A DNA stretch of 64,000 bases, taken from the NCBI GenBank assembly GCA_045602385.1, contig JAZSBL010000025.1:384-64383 (forward strand), in the 5' to 3' direction. The notes beneath the pieces are model-generated. The model was not told the origin of the DNA and ran no database searches. It worked only from the letters and a program-made list of their open reading frames with translations. This DNA is from Eubacteriales bacterium. GTDB lineage: Bacteria > Bacillota > Clostridia > Oscillospirales > CAG-272. Shown piece after piece: positions 55,215 to 63,221 of the stretch; positions within the stretch are counted from its first letter, which is position 1; every line of letters starts with the position of its first letter. Position numbers and translations under genes: made by a program.

Positions 55215-56217
55215 AAATGCACTCTCCGTTTCTTTTCAATGCCATTGTTGTGAACACCACACGGTCGGTATTCTCGGTGCCAAGCGGAAAACGCATTACA
55301 CCGTACTGTAAAATAAGCGGGAAAATATCTTTTTTGAGCTTAAGCTCGTCCTTTATCTCGCTGTTCACACTTTTGAGCCTTGCATAGCGGTCAAGCTCGT
55401 TCTCGCCACCCTCAACTCCTGTTGATATGAACACCCTGCCGTCCTTGAAGCTTCCACAGCCGTGGCAGGGGCCCTCGGCGTTTGCAAGTATCTCTAACTT
55501 TTTAGTCTGCCTGTCCATTCGGATTATATGGTTCTGATCGGGCACGCTTCCCGCGTCGGTGCCCCACGTCAGATATTTTTCGTCAAAGCAGATACCGATG
55601 GCGCGCCAGTCCTGGCTTCCCTCGCCCACCGTTTCCCAGGTAAGTCCGTTGTCAAAGCTTCGCATCAGCTTGTTCTCTCTGTCCTCGTCACCCGTACCGA
55701 GCCATATACAATTCTCGTACGGATCGTATTTGACAAAGTGTATGTGTCTTACCTCGCTCTTGTCAAGCGTAAGTATTTTCTCAAAGCTCTTGCCGCCGTC
55801 TACACTCCTGTACAGCGCGGTGTCATTCTCTCTGTTCATATTTAGCGTATACTCACCGAAGAACACCGTACCGTCAGGCGTTACGCAAACGCCCTGATGT
55901 CCCGGCTTGTTTCCGCGAAAGCCGCGGAATTCACTCTTGACCTTGCCGTCAGAGCCAACGAGATACGCCACTCTCTTTGCCACCACAAGCACGTCGCCGC
56001 CGGGCATGGGCAAAAGGTGGTGTATTCCCTGTCGGAGCAGCTGTCTTGAAAGACGGAGCATGCCGATAAGCCTCTCTTTTGCGCCGCCAACCGTGTATTT
56101 CGGGGTCACTCTCTTTCCCTCGTAATCAACGGCGAAAAAGGCCATGCCCTGCGCTATCCATATTCGTTTTTCCTCGGTATAGAGGGCTCTGCCCTTTGCA
56201 ATCCTTTTAAGGTTCAT
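55198..56217 (-). CDS. BNR/Asp-box repeat beta-propeller protein (sialidase-like fold)
   Basis: Asp-box-like motifs SVDGGKSFEKI and SFDNGLTWETV, with no signal peptide. It overlaps its neighbours by 17 and 11 nt. Confidence 0.55.
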   Translation of the reverse strand: MNLKRIAKGRALYTEEKRIWIAQGMAFFAVDYEGKRVTPKYTVGGAKERLIGMLRLSRQLLRQGIHHLLPMPGGDVLVVAKRVAYLVGSDGKVKSEFRGFRGNKPGHQGVCVTPDGTVFFGEYTLNMNRENDTALYRSVDGGKSFEKILTLDKSEVRHIHFVKYDPYENCIWLGTGDEDRENKLMRSFDNGLTWETVGEGSQDWRAIGICFDEKYLTWGTDAGSVPDQNHIIRMDRQTKKLEILANAEGPCHGCGSFKDGRVFISTGVEGGENELDRYARLKSVNSEIKDELKLKKDIFPLILQYGVMRFPLGTENTDRVVFTTMALKRNGECIYVEKK

Positions 56218-57415
56218 AAGTTTTCACCGTTTCGTTGATTTCTTCTTCAAGCTTGTCCATATAGGTCTCAAGCGTGAAGTTCTCCGCGAAATATTTTCTT
56301 GCGTTCTCTCCCACAGAAGAATATTTTTCGGGGTTATCTATATAGTCTGCCATTATCTCGGCAAGACCCTTATAGTCGCCTGCCGCAACGCAAGCTCCGC
56401 AATCCGCCTCGCGTATGGCCTCGTTTGCCGCACCGTTGATTGCCGCCAATATCGGCTTGCCTGTGGTCATATATACCTGCAATTTGCCGGGCATGGTGTT
56501 TCCTACGGCATTGTTTCCTCGAAGCGTGAGGATCAGCGCGTCCGCTTTTTTATAGAACGCGGGCATGTCCTCCCTCTTTTGATTGCCGTAGAATATAAAT
56601 TTGTCCTTGACTCCAAGTTCCTCTGCAAGTTTCTCAAGCTCCTCTTTCTTTGATCCGTCGCCGACCATGTGAACGGCGAAATCATTTCTGCCTTTAAGCT
56701 CCGCGGCCGCCCTCACAAGCACGTCAAGAGTCTGTCCCTTGCCCATGTTGCCCGCGTACATAAAGTCAACTATTCCGTTGTCCTCCGCGCGCATGTCGAT
56801 ATCAAGAAGTCTTGTGTCGGCATGCTGAGGAATGTAGCTCATTTTCGACCTGTCAATTCCAAGCTCGGTCTCAAAGTAGTCGATAAACGGTCTTGACGTG
56901 ACCGCAACACGGTCGCAAGCCATATAAAGCTTTCTTGAAAAGCTCTTAACGTATCCGTATATCGGGCCTCTGCTCATCTTAAGCATACCCTGCGCCGACT
57001 CGGGCCATATGTCAAGGCAATAGCAGATAAGCGGCACGCGGTGCTTTTTAGCATACGCCACCGCCGGCTCAAGCATTAGCACCGGCGAGAGCTGGTAGCA
57101 TATAACTACATCAAAATCTCCGTCAAGCGCGAGTGCTTTTTTCTTTCCGTTTCTCGCAAAGCTGTAATAATTCAACACAAGATGAACCGGGTCTCGTCGT
57201 CTTGGAGTAATATTGCAACGTATAACCTTAACTCCGTCAATTTCCTCCTCGCACCTCTTGCAGTCCTCATATCCTTCAAATATATCTCCTGCAGGATAGT
57301 TTGGGAGCCCTGTAAGTACTGTTACCTTATGTCCTCTTTTTACAAGGGCGGGGGCTATCTCGTTTATTTGAAATTGCTCGGGATAATAATACTGGCTTAC
57401 TATTAATATCTTCAC
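56207..57415 (-). CDS. glycosyltransferase family 4, WbuB-like (candidate L-FucNAc transferase)
   Basis: KILIVSQYYYPEQFQINEIAPALVKRGHKVTVLTGLPNYPAG matches the WbuB/WcaI-type N-terminus as I recall it. I prefer GTG 57415 behind AAGGAGGGG over the track start 57487. Confidence 0.7.
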   Translation of the reverse strand: MKILIVSQYYYPEQFQINEIAPALVKRGHKVTVLTGLPNYPAGDIFEGYEDCKRCEEEIDGVKVIRCNITPRRRDPVHLVLNYYSFARNGKKKALALDGDFDVVICYQLSPVLMLEPAVAYAKKHRVPLICYCLDIWPESAQGMLKMSRGPIYGYVKSFSRKLYMACDRVAVTSRPFIDYFETELGIDRSKMSYIPQHADTRLLDIDMRAEDNGIVDFMYAGNMGKGQTLDVLVRAAAELKGRNDFAVHMVGDGSKKEELEKLAEELGVKDKFIFYGNQKREDMPAFYKKADALILTLRGNNAVGNTMPGKLQVYMTTGKPILAAINGAANEAIREADCGACVAAGDYKGLAEIMADYIDNPEKYSSVGENARKYFAENFTLETYMDKLEEEINETVKTYEP

Positions 57416-57440
57416 TCTAGTCCCCTCCTTTGCGCATAAT

Positions 57441-58136
57441 TTATTTAAGTATTTCTTCTCTTTCCTCAACCTCAACGGCTGAAACAAGCTCTGTCATTAT
57501 CTTTTTAGGCTTCTTGCCAAACACGGTTGCAATGATCGCGACCACCGTGTACCATATCATCTTAACGTCATACCACACGCCCATTTTAGAGGGGTAATAC
57601 GCCTCAAGCTCAAGTCGGGTGGGCAGAACGAGTCTTTCATAGTCGCTCTCGTCCTCAACCGTGTCGCCGTATATGTAGTCGTATATCGCGGACGGGCTTG
57701 TAAGTCCCGGACGGACCGATGCCGCAATGCCGTACTTACCCGATCTCATGGTAGCAACCTGATCCATTGCCGCGGGACGTGGGCCTACCACCGACATGTC
57801 GCCGATAAGCACGTTTAAAAGCTGGGGCAGCTCGTCTATCTTGGTCTTGCGCATAAGATTTCCAAAGGCAAATATCCTGTTTGTGTCAGCCTTGAAGGAC
57901 GCCTCACTCTTCTCGCTCTCCTTCTTCGGCACTCTCATGCTTCTGAACTTGAACATCGCAAACTCGCGGTTGTCCTTGCCCACGCGTCTTGCAACATAGA
58001 AGATCGGACCGAAATCCGACACCAGAATGCCTATTATGGCAATTATCCATATAGGCGCAGTGACCGTAATTCCCGCAAGCGCGGCAAGTATATCAAACGC
58101 TCTTTTTATGAAAAAATAACCTTTTCTTTTCTTCAT
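57441..58136 (-). CDS. undecaprenyl-phosphate sugar phosphotransferase (small WbaP/PglC-type priming enzyme)
   Basis: FIKRAFDILAALAGITVTAPIWIIAIIGILV...GPIFYVARRVGKDNREFAMFKFRSMRV...DELPQLLNVLIGDMSVVGPRP. Confidence 0.85.
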   Translation of the reverse strand: MKKRKGYFFIKRAFDILAALAGITVTAPIWIIAIIGILVSDFGPIFYVARRVGKDNREFAMFKFRSMRVPKKESEKSEASFKADTNRIFAFGNLMRKTKIDELPQLLNVLIGDMSVVGPRPAAMDQVATMRSGKYGIAASVRPGLTSPSAIYDYIYGDTVEDESDYERLVLPTRLELEAYYPSKMGVWYDVKMIWYTVVAIIATVFGKKPKKIMTELVSAVEVEEREEILK

Positions 58137-58256
58137 TTTGTCCCCCAAAAACATGCAATTTTGACCCTAAAACCGCATTTTTGACATTCCTCTATACACA
58201 ACTGTGGCGCAAGAGCCGCCCTGACGCGTCACCCTTGCGCAACAAAAATTCAATGA

Positions 58257-58937
58257 TTATACTATTCTCCTGAGCACGCACTCAAACGCCTCTGCGTACT
58301 CACAGCCCGACTGCGCGCCACGATATGCCGCAAGACCCAAGATCGCCTCTTCGCTTCTCGGATGCGGGTAGGGGCGCATAACCCCCCTGTATGCCGCCAA
58401 CGCGTTAAGCTTTACGTCAACTCCGCCTCTGCCGACCTCAACGTAGGTGTTGGGAACAAATTTATTCATCGCGCTATTGACCGCCCACTCGGTAGAGGAA
58501 AGCACCTCCATAAACCAAAGCTCTGAGAGTGGCTTAACTGTATCTCTCCTTTGGAAGAGCCTGATTGCCGCCTGACATGCAAGCGAGGTGTGCAAATGGT
58601 CGTTGTTTGTATCCGACGGATGATGTGTAATTACCACATCGGGCTCCGAATCAGCTATCGCCTTCTCGATGAATTGCACCAAGTGGAGATGCGGAACTGT
58701 ATTCATTTCAATGTTGGGAAAATCTCCCTCATATATCTTGCCCACGCCAAGCAGCTTGGTGCTTTCATAAAGATCGCTCTCAAGCTCCTTGTCCTCGGGA
58801 CGGAACGCCCTGGCCTTGGCCTCGGCACACATAATGCATACGTCCACCGCGTGACCCTCACTTGTAAGCTTATGTATCGTGGCACCCGCGCCCAGCACCT
58901 CATCGTCGGGATGAGCAACAACAAGTAAATACTTCAC
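58257..58937 (-). CDS. PIG-L/LmbE-family deacetylase
   Basis: KYLLVVAHPDDEVLGAGATI...HHPSDTNNDH. Start set at GTG 58937 behind GGGAGA. The track's N-terminal 59 aa come from an AT-rich leader and are unlikely to be coding. Confidence 0.8.
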   Translation of the reverse strand: MKYLLVVAHPDDEVLGAGATIHKLTSEGHAVDVCIMCAEAKARAFRPEDKELESDLYESTKLLGVGKIYEGDFPNIEMNTVPHLHLVQFIEKAIADSEPDVVITHHPSDTNNDHLHTSLACQAAIRLFQRRDTVKPLSELWFMEVLSSTEWAVNSAMNKFVPNTYVEVGRGGVDVKLNALAAYRGVMRPYPHPRSEEAILGLAAYRGAQSGCEYAEAFECVLRRIV

Positions 58938-59030
58938 AATTATCTCCCACGCGCCTGTTTTTGGGCAAAAAGAATACCGAAAGTGGCAAAATTGATCCAA
59001 ATCGGCGCGCTTATTAATATATTTTATATT

Positions 59031-59059
59031 ATTATAACATAGTATGTAGGCGTTGTCAA
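59031..59059 (-). promoter_or_regulatory. consensus sigma-A promoter at the head of the polysaccharide locus
   Basis: Minus strand: TTGACA (59059-59054), 17-nt spacer, TATAAT (59036-59031); about 90 nt upstream of GTG 58937. Confidence 0.6.
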
Positions 59060-59184
59060 CAATATTTATAAGCGAATAATACAAAATGTACTGCTTTTTA
59101 TGTCTTTTCACCATAACATAAATGAATTTAGCGCAATAAAAGCCGCACCAAATAATAAAAATTAATTTTTTTTCAAAAAAACTA

Positions 59185-59213
59185 TTGAAAAAAGCATTTT
59201 AGTGTGATATAAT
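59185..59213 (+). promoter_or_regulatory. sigma-A-type promoter of tRNA-Trp
   Basis: TTGAAA (59185-59190), 17-nt spacer, TG-a-TATAAT (-10 at 59208-59213). Confidence 0.6.
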
Positions 59214-59241
59214 ATATCGGTCGCAGGAAAAAGCGACAAAT

Positions 59242-59317
59242 AGGGGTATAGCTCAGTTGGTAGAGTACCGGTCTCCAAAACCGTGGGTCGTGGGTTCGAG
59301 CCCTTCTGCCCCTGCCA
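59242..59317 (+). tRNA. trnW: tRNA-Trp (anticodon CCA)
   Basis: 76 nt: AGGGGTA acceptor pairing with TGCCCCT, GCTC/GAGT D-stem, anticodon loop CTCCAAA, TTCGAGC T-loop and an encoded GCCA end. Two non-canonical pairs by hand folding (27-43 C-U and 50-64 U-U). Confidence 0.85.
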
Positions 59318-59322
59318 AAAAT

Positions 59323-59357
59323 ATCGGATAGCCAGTCGGCTATCCGATATTTTTTTG
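59323..59357 (+). terminator. intrinsic terminator of tRNA-Trp
   Basis: 11-bp stem atcggatagcc (59323-59333) with ggctatccgat (59338-59348), followed by T7. Confidence 0.85.
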
Positions 59358-59439
59358 TGGCAGAGGCAGAAGAGGCGAGAAATCACGGCGAGGCTTCGCC
59401 GAGCCGCGGCGATGTTTACGGTTTTGCTTGCAAAATGAC
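59327..59439 (+). repeat. 113-bp direct repeat, copy 1
   Basis: gatagccagtcggctatccgatat..gtggcagaggcagaagaggcgagaaatcacggcgaggcttcgccgagcc..gtttacggttttgcttgcaaaatgac; 110 of 113 nt identical to copy 2. Confidence 0.95.
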
Positions 59440-59520
59440 GGCATTAAAGCCGTCAAGTAAACTCGCAATTTGCCCCATCGGGGCAAATATAGGTTCAGAG
59501 CCCGCGAGCTTAAAATTGCC

Positions 59521-59633
59521 GATAGCCAGTCGGCTATCCGATATTATTTTGTGGCAGAGGCAGAAGAGGCGAGAAATCACGGCGAGGCTTCGCCGAGCCA
59601 CGGCGAAGTTTACGGTTTTGCTTGCAAAATGAC
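59521..59633 (+). repeat. 113-bp direct repeat, copy 2
   Basis: Offset of 194 nt from copy 1, with three substitutions and no indels. Confidence 0.95.
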
Positions 59634-59663
59634 ATGTTGCACATAGCCACTCAAATATTACAT

Positions 59664-59702
59664 AAAAAGCGCAGAGAGCTTTCGCCCTCTGCGCAATTTT
59701 TT
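59664..59702. terminator. bidirectional intrinsic terminator (ends the lipoprotein gene)
   Basis: gcgcagag (59669-59676) pairs with ctctgcgc (59687-59694), flanked by A5 and T6. Confidence 0.75.
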
Positions 59703-59731
59703 ATTTACGACTTAATGTCGTTAAGATCCGA

Positions 59732-61378
59732 TTACTTTGTGATCTTGTAGTACTCTGTCTTCTCGTCAACAACGAAGCCAACAACGCAGCCTGCTTCATC
59801 ATCAAGAGTGTAAATTACTCCGTAGTAGCTCTCAACATCGTCAACGCTGAGGATCTTGTTACCATCCTCGTTGTAGAATGTGTACTCCTTGGTACCGTCC
59901 TTCTTGTTAAGCTCTGCGGTTACGTAGAACTGAGCGGCAGAGCCGGCGTAATCCTCGATCTCTCTGCGAGCGCCGTCGCTTGTTCTTACGTAGTATACTA
60001 TCTCTTCATCCTCTTCGCAGCGGATGATCATGTTCTTACCCATAAGGCGTACAAGCTCCTCGTCGGTAGCGGGAGAATAGACCTGCTCGCCCTTATAGTT
60101 GTATACCTTTTCGTTGATAACAACGTAGTAGTCATTAGCTTCATCTCTGTTGTAGAAACCGTTAGCTCCGCTAATTACCTCGAAATCTGCATTGAGAAGG
60201 TAGCGGTTTCCTGCATCGGTGGTGTAAAGGAAGTAGCCGGGAGCTACCTCTGTGGGAACGTCATCGAACTCAGGAGCAATAACGACTGCAACCTTTGCAT
60301 CCTCGGAAGAGAGAGATACTGTTACACCCTCAGCGGTGTTGAGCTTCTTGTCCTCTATGTAGTAGATCTCAGCGATGTTCTCGATGCCCTCTGCATACTT
60401 ATATGCATCAGCATACTTCGTGGGAACTGCCATGCTTGTGTTGTATCCAACACCGCTTACGATATAGTCGAGGTCAACCTCTTTCTCTACATCCTTTTCC
60501 TTCTCTGCAGCAACGTCAATTACAAGGCTTTCAAGGTTAGCCTTCTGTCCGTCGTAGTACCAGAAGTCAAACTTATATGTAGTCTCATCAGGAAGAACGT
60601 CTACCATCTGAACGAGGACCTTAGTGTCAGAAAGAACGGAGATGAAGGTATCATCAACGGTTCCGTAAGGAACGGTCCAGTAGAACACTTCCTTGAGGTT
60701 AAGGTCGTAAACTGTGAAGCTGTTTTCATCCTTCTCGTAATAGTAGCTGGTAGTCTTTACGAGATTAGAGGGAAGATTGCCGAAGAAAGGAGCGGTCGCG
60801 ACTGTGGATACGCCGTTGTCACTTACACGGTAGATCTTGCCGTTGAACATAAAGAGGTCATACGATGTGGTAACGTAGGAAGCGAGACCGTTAGTAGCAG
60901 GTACCCACTCACCGGTGTACTCGTCGTATACCATATCTACGTTGTAGTCCTGCTGATCAATGTAATTACCTCTTGCATCAAAGAGAGATACCGTTGTAAT
61001 GGGGTCTTCCTCATCACCGTCTGTCTCTGCAACAAGAAGGAGGGTCTGATCCCAAACGCTAACGGTGTCGTAAGCTACGAGATCCTCGGTGGAAACGCTG
61101 TAAATAACAGTGCCGCTCTCAGCGTTGTAGAACTTTGTGTCGTTGTTCTTTTCCTTGTCTGTTCTAAATACGATGATCTCACCGTCGGTGGTTACGTATT
61201 CAAGGCGGGAAAGCTCTCCCAAAGAAGAAGCGCTCTGAAGAACGGGGGCTGCTGTTTCTCTGTCGCCATAACCTTCAAAGTAGGTCTTTGCATCCATTTC
61301 CTCTGCCTTATTTCCGCAGGAAGCGAATACAAGAATCATGCAAACAAAGAGACATGCAAGTAAGATGATCTTTTTCAT
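59732..61378 (-). CDS. lipoprotein of unknown function (548 aa)
   Basis: MKKIILLACLFVCMILVFASCGNK lipobox. Start set at ATG 61378 behind AAGGAG. Tyr/Asp/Glu-rich repetitive beta-type sequence. Confidence 0.6.
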   Translation of the reverse strand: MKKIILLACLFVCMILVFASCGNKAEEMDAKTYFEGYGDRETAAPVLQSASSLGELSRLEYVTTDGEIIVFRTDKEKNNDTKFYNAESGTVIYSVSTEDLVAYDTVSVWDQTLLLVAETDGDEEDPITTVSLFDARGNYIDQQDYNVDMVYDEYTGEWVPATNGLASYVTTSYDLFMFNGKIYRVSDNGVSTVATAPFFGNLPSNLVKTTSYYYEKDENSFTVYDLNLKEVFYWTVPYGTVDDTFISVLSDTKVLVQMVDVLPDETTYKFDFWYYDGQKANLESLVIDVAAEKEKDVEKEVDLDYIVSGVGYNTSMAVPTKYADAYKYAEGIENIAEIYYIEDKKLNTAEGVTVSLSSEDAKVAVVIAPEFDDVPTEVAPGYFLYTTDAGNRYLLNADFEVISGANGFYNRDEANDYYVVINEKVYNYKGEQVYSPATDEELVRLMGKNMIIRCEEDEEIVYYVRTSDGARREIEDYAGSAAQFYVTAELNKKDGTKEYTFYNEDGNKILSVDDVESYYGVIYTLDDEAGCVVGFVVDEKTEYYKITK

Positions 61379-61421
61379 TTTATCAATCTCCTTATGGTTT
61401 ATTTTGGTTTTACCCGAGGTC

Positions 61422-61450
61422 ATTATAGCACCATTTGACCGCCTTGTCAA
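61422..61450 (-). promoter_or_regulatory. sigma-A-type promoter of the lipoprotein gene
   Basis: Minus strand: TTGACA (61450-61445), 17-nt spacer, TATAAT (61427-61422). Confidence 0.55.
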
Positions 61451-61514
61451 CCTTTTTTGGAAAAAAGTGCCTTGGGACAAGGCCGGGGACACTGTTTTTT
61501 CAGATGTTTTAAGA

Positions 61515-62912
61515 TTATTTTTCTCTTCTTTTATAGAAAAATGCGCCAATTCCCATAATCACCGCGAAAACTATAAGATAGAAAAGAACAGGAAAAGCGA
61601 ACTCTCCGTTTGCCGCCGCACTCTGATACGGACGGATTCCGTGCGCGTATACCGCAACAAATACCATAAACAGTGATGCCAAAATCGAAAGGATCGGCAT
61701 GACCGTGTTCTTGAAAATGCTCTTTCTTCCCTCTTTCTTTATAAAGATAACAAACATCGGGATATAGAGCGCGTATAGGGTTATAATAGGAAGCTCCGAG
61801 GAGTCAAAGCTGAACGCGCCGAAGATGGGAGCGGTAAGGTTTGCGCCGTAAAAATAGAAGTACCATGCGCCGCAGATAAGAAGAGCAAGAATACCCGCAT
61901 TCTGGGGCATGTTGGTCTCGGGGTCCACCGAGGCAAGCGTCTTGGGCTTGGGGCCGACATCACGCACCGCAAGAGAGTAGATCGCGCGCGGACAGGCAAT
62001 CATTAATCCGTTGAGTGTGCCAAGGCAGGATATGACGACAAACGCGTTCAGTATCGTACCGCCAACGCCGCCGAAAAGATTGGTTATGGCGGCTGTTGAG
62101 CCGTCCTTCATCAGCACCTCTACCGACGCGCCGCCCGTAAGTCCCACAAAATAAAGGATATAAACAGCCATGATTATCGCCGTGCCTATAACCAATGCGC
62201 GCGGCAGGTCGCGCTTGGGGTTCTTAAGCTCGGAATTTATCGAGGTCGCAACTATCCAGCCCTCGTAGGCGAATGCCGCCGCCGCGATTCCCGCAAAAAC
62301 GGTTGAAAAATCACTGCTTGTGTTCTCTACCGAAAGTGCAAATGCAGTCGTGGTATTTCCGTTTATAAGTCCGACGATCGTACCGATAATTATTATTGTT
62401 GCGAGCGGAACCAGCTTGATTACGGTCGCGCTTACCTCCAGCTTGCCCGCAAGCTTCGGTGAAAGCATGTTGAGGGCATAAAGCAGGCACATGTAGAACG
62501 CTCCAAGCGCCATACAAAGTCCGCCGGTTATGTCCGCCGCGGGGTCAAACAGGAGCAGCGTGTATCTTGCCGACACCCACGCGAGAACTCCCGTCATCGC
62601 AGGAAAATAAATAATGGCGATAAACCACCCGATCATATAGGCGTATTTCTTGCCTATGATCGCCTCCGCGTAGTCAACGACACCGTTGACCTTAACGTAT
62701 CTCGTTGCAAAGTTAGCGAAATTGAACGCGCAGATTATCATTATAATTCCGCCGATCACCCATGCGAGAATGCCGATCAACAGATTGCCGCCGGTATAGT
62801 TGAGAATGTCTTGCGCCTTAAAGAAAACGCCCGATCCTATTACGATTCCGACGACCATGCAGATCGCCGTGAAAAGTCCGTAGCGCTTGTGAAGCTGATT
62901 GTTGTTATCCAA
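61515..62912 (-). CDS. APC-family amino acid permease
   Basis: HKRYGLFTAICMVVGIVIGSGVFFK signature and 12 TM helices. TTG start at 62912 behind GAAAGGAA. Confidence 0.85.
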   Translation of the reverse strand: MDNNNQLHKRYGLFTAICMVVGIVIGSGVFFKAQDILNYTGGNLLIGILAWVIGGIIMIICAFNFANFATRYVKVNGVVDYAEAIIGKKYAYMIGWFIAIIYFPAMTGVLAWVSARYTLLLFDPAADITGGLCMALGAFYMCLLYALNMLSPKLAGKLEVSATVIKLVPLATIIIIGTIVGLINGNTTTAFALSVENTSSDFSTVFAGIAAAAFAYEGWIVATSINSELKNPKRDLPRALVIGTAIIMAVYILYFVGLTGGASVEVLMKDGSTAAITNLFGGVGGTILNAFVVISCLGTLNGLMIACPRAIYSLAVRDVGPKPKTLASVDPETNMPQNAGILALLICGAWYFYFYGANLTAPIFGAFSFDSSELPIITLYALYIPMFVIFIKKEGRKSIFKNTVMPILSILASLFMVFVAVYAHGIRPYQSAAANGEFAFPVLFYLIVFAVIMGIGAFFYKRREK

Positions 62913-62959
62913 GTGGCTTTATTCCTTTCTGATTGTATTTATAACACGTACCGCTGTCT

Positions 62960-62988
62960 ATTATATCACACCGCCTGCACATATGCAA
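62960..62988 (-). promoter_or_regulatory. sigma-A-type promoter of the permease gene
   Basis: Minus strand: TTGCAT (62988-62983), 17-nt spacer, TATAAT (62965-62960). Confidence 0.5.
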
Positions 62989-63103
62989 CACAGGTTTTCA
63001 CAAAATAAAGAGGCCGTTTTGATTTCTTGTTATGGGGTGATGCCGACACAACGATCACTTCCAAAATTTTTTCGGATTTTTTTATTTTTTTATTCGTAGC
63101 ATA

Positions 63104-63132
63104 TTGAAAAATCGACGTTTTTTTGCTATAAT
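63104..63132 (+). promoter_or_regulatory. sigma-A-type promoter of the CofE-like gene
   Basis: TTGAAA (63104-63109), 17-nt spacer, TATAAT (63127-63132). Confidence 0.5.
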
Positions 63133-63221
63133 GAAATGTAAATTTGTTTTTTGTCCGTTTTTTCGGCTTGGAAAGCGGCAAAACTCGGTTTGTAATCTAT
63201 TTTTTCAGGAGATGATATACA

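Noticed and set aside
58938-59114. N-terminal extensions proposed by the track for the PIG-L gene (to 59114), the lipoprotein (to 61549), the permease (to 18932) and the WbuB-like gene (to 57487)
   Set aside because: The extensions run through AT-rich leaders, promoters or neighbouring genes. Internal starts with good RBSs give canonical N-termini (lipobox, Rossmann-like start, PDDE motif).
59162-59632. ORFs 59162..59386 (-), 59416..59601 (-) and 59357..59632 (+)
   Set aside because: They overlap tRNA-Trp and the two 113-bp repeats. Their similar peptides (ISRLFCLCHK.ISDSRLAI) simply reflect the DNA duplication.
59327-59633. Possible CRISPR array or att-site duplication at the tRNA
   Set aside because: There are only two copies of a 113-bp unit with an 81-bp spacer and no cas genes. 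The tRNA 3' end is not part of the repeat, and no integrase is nearby.
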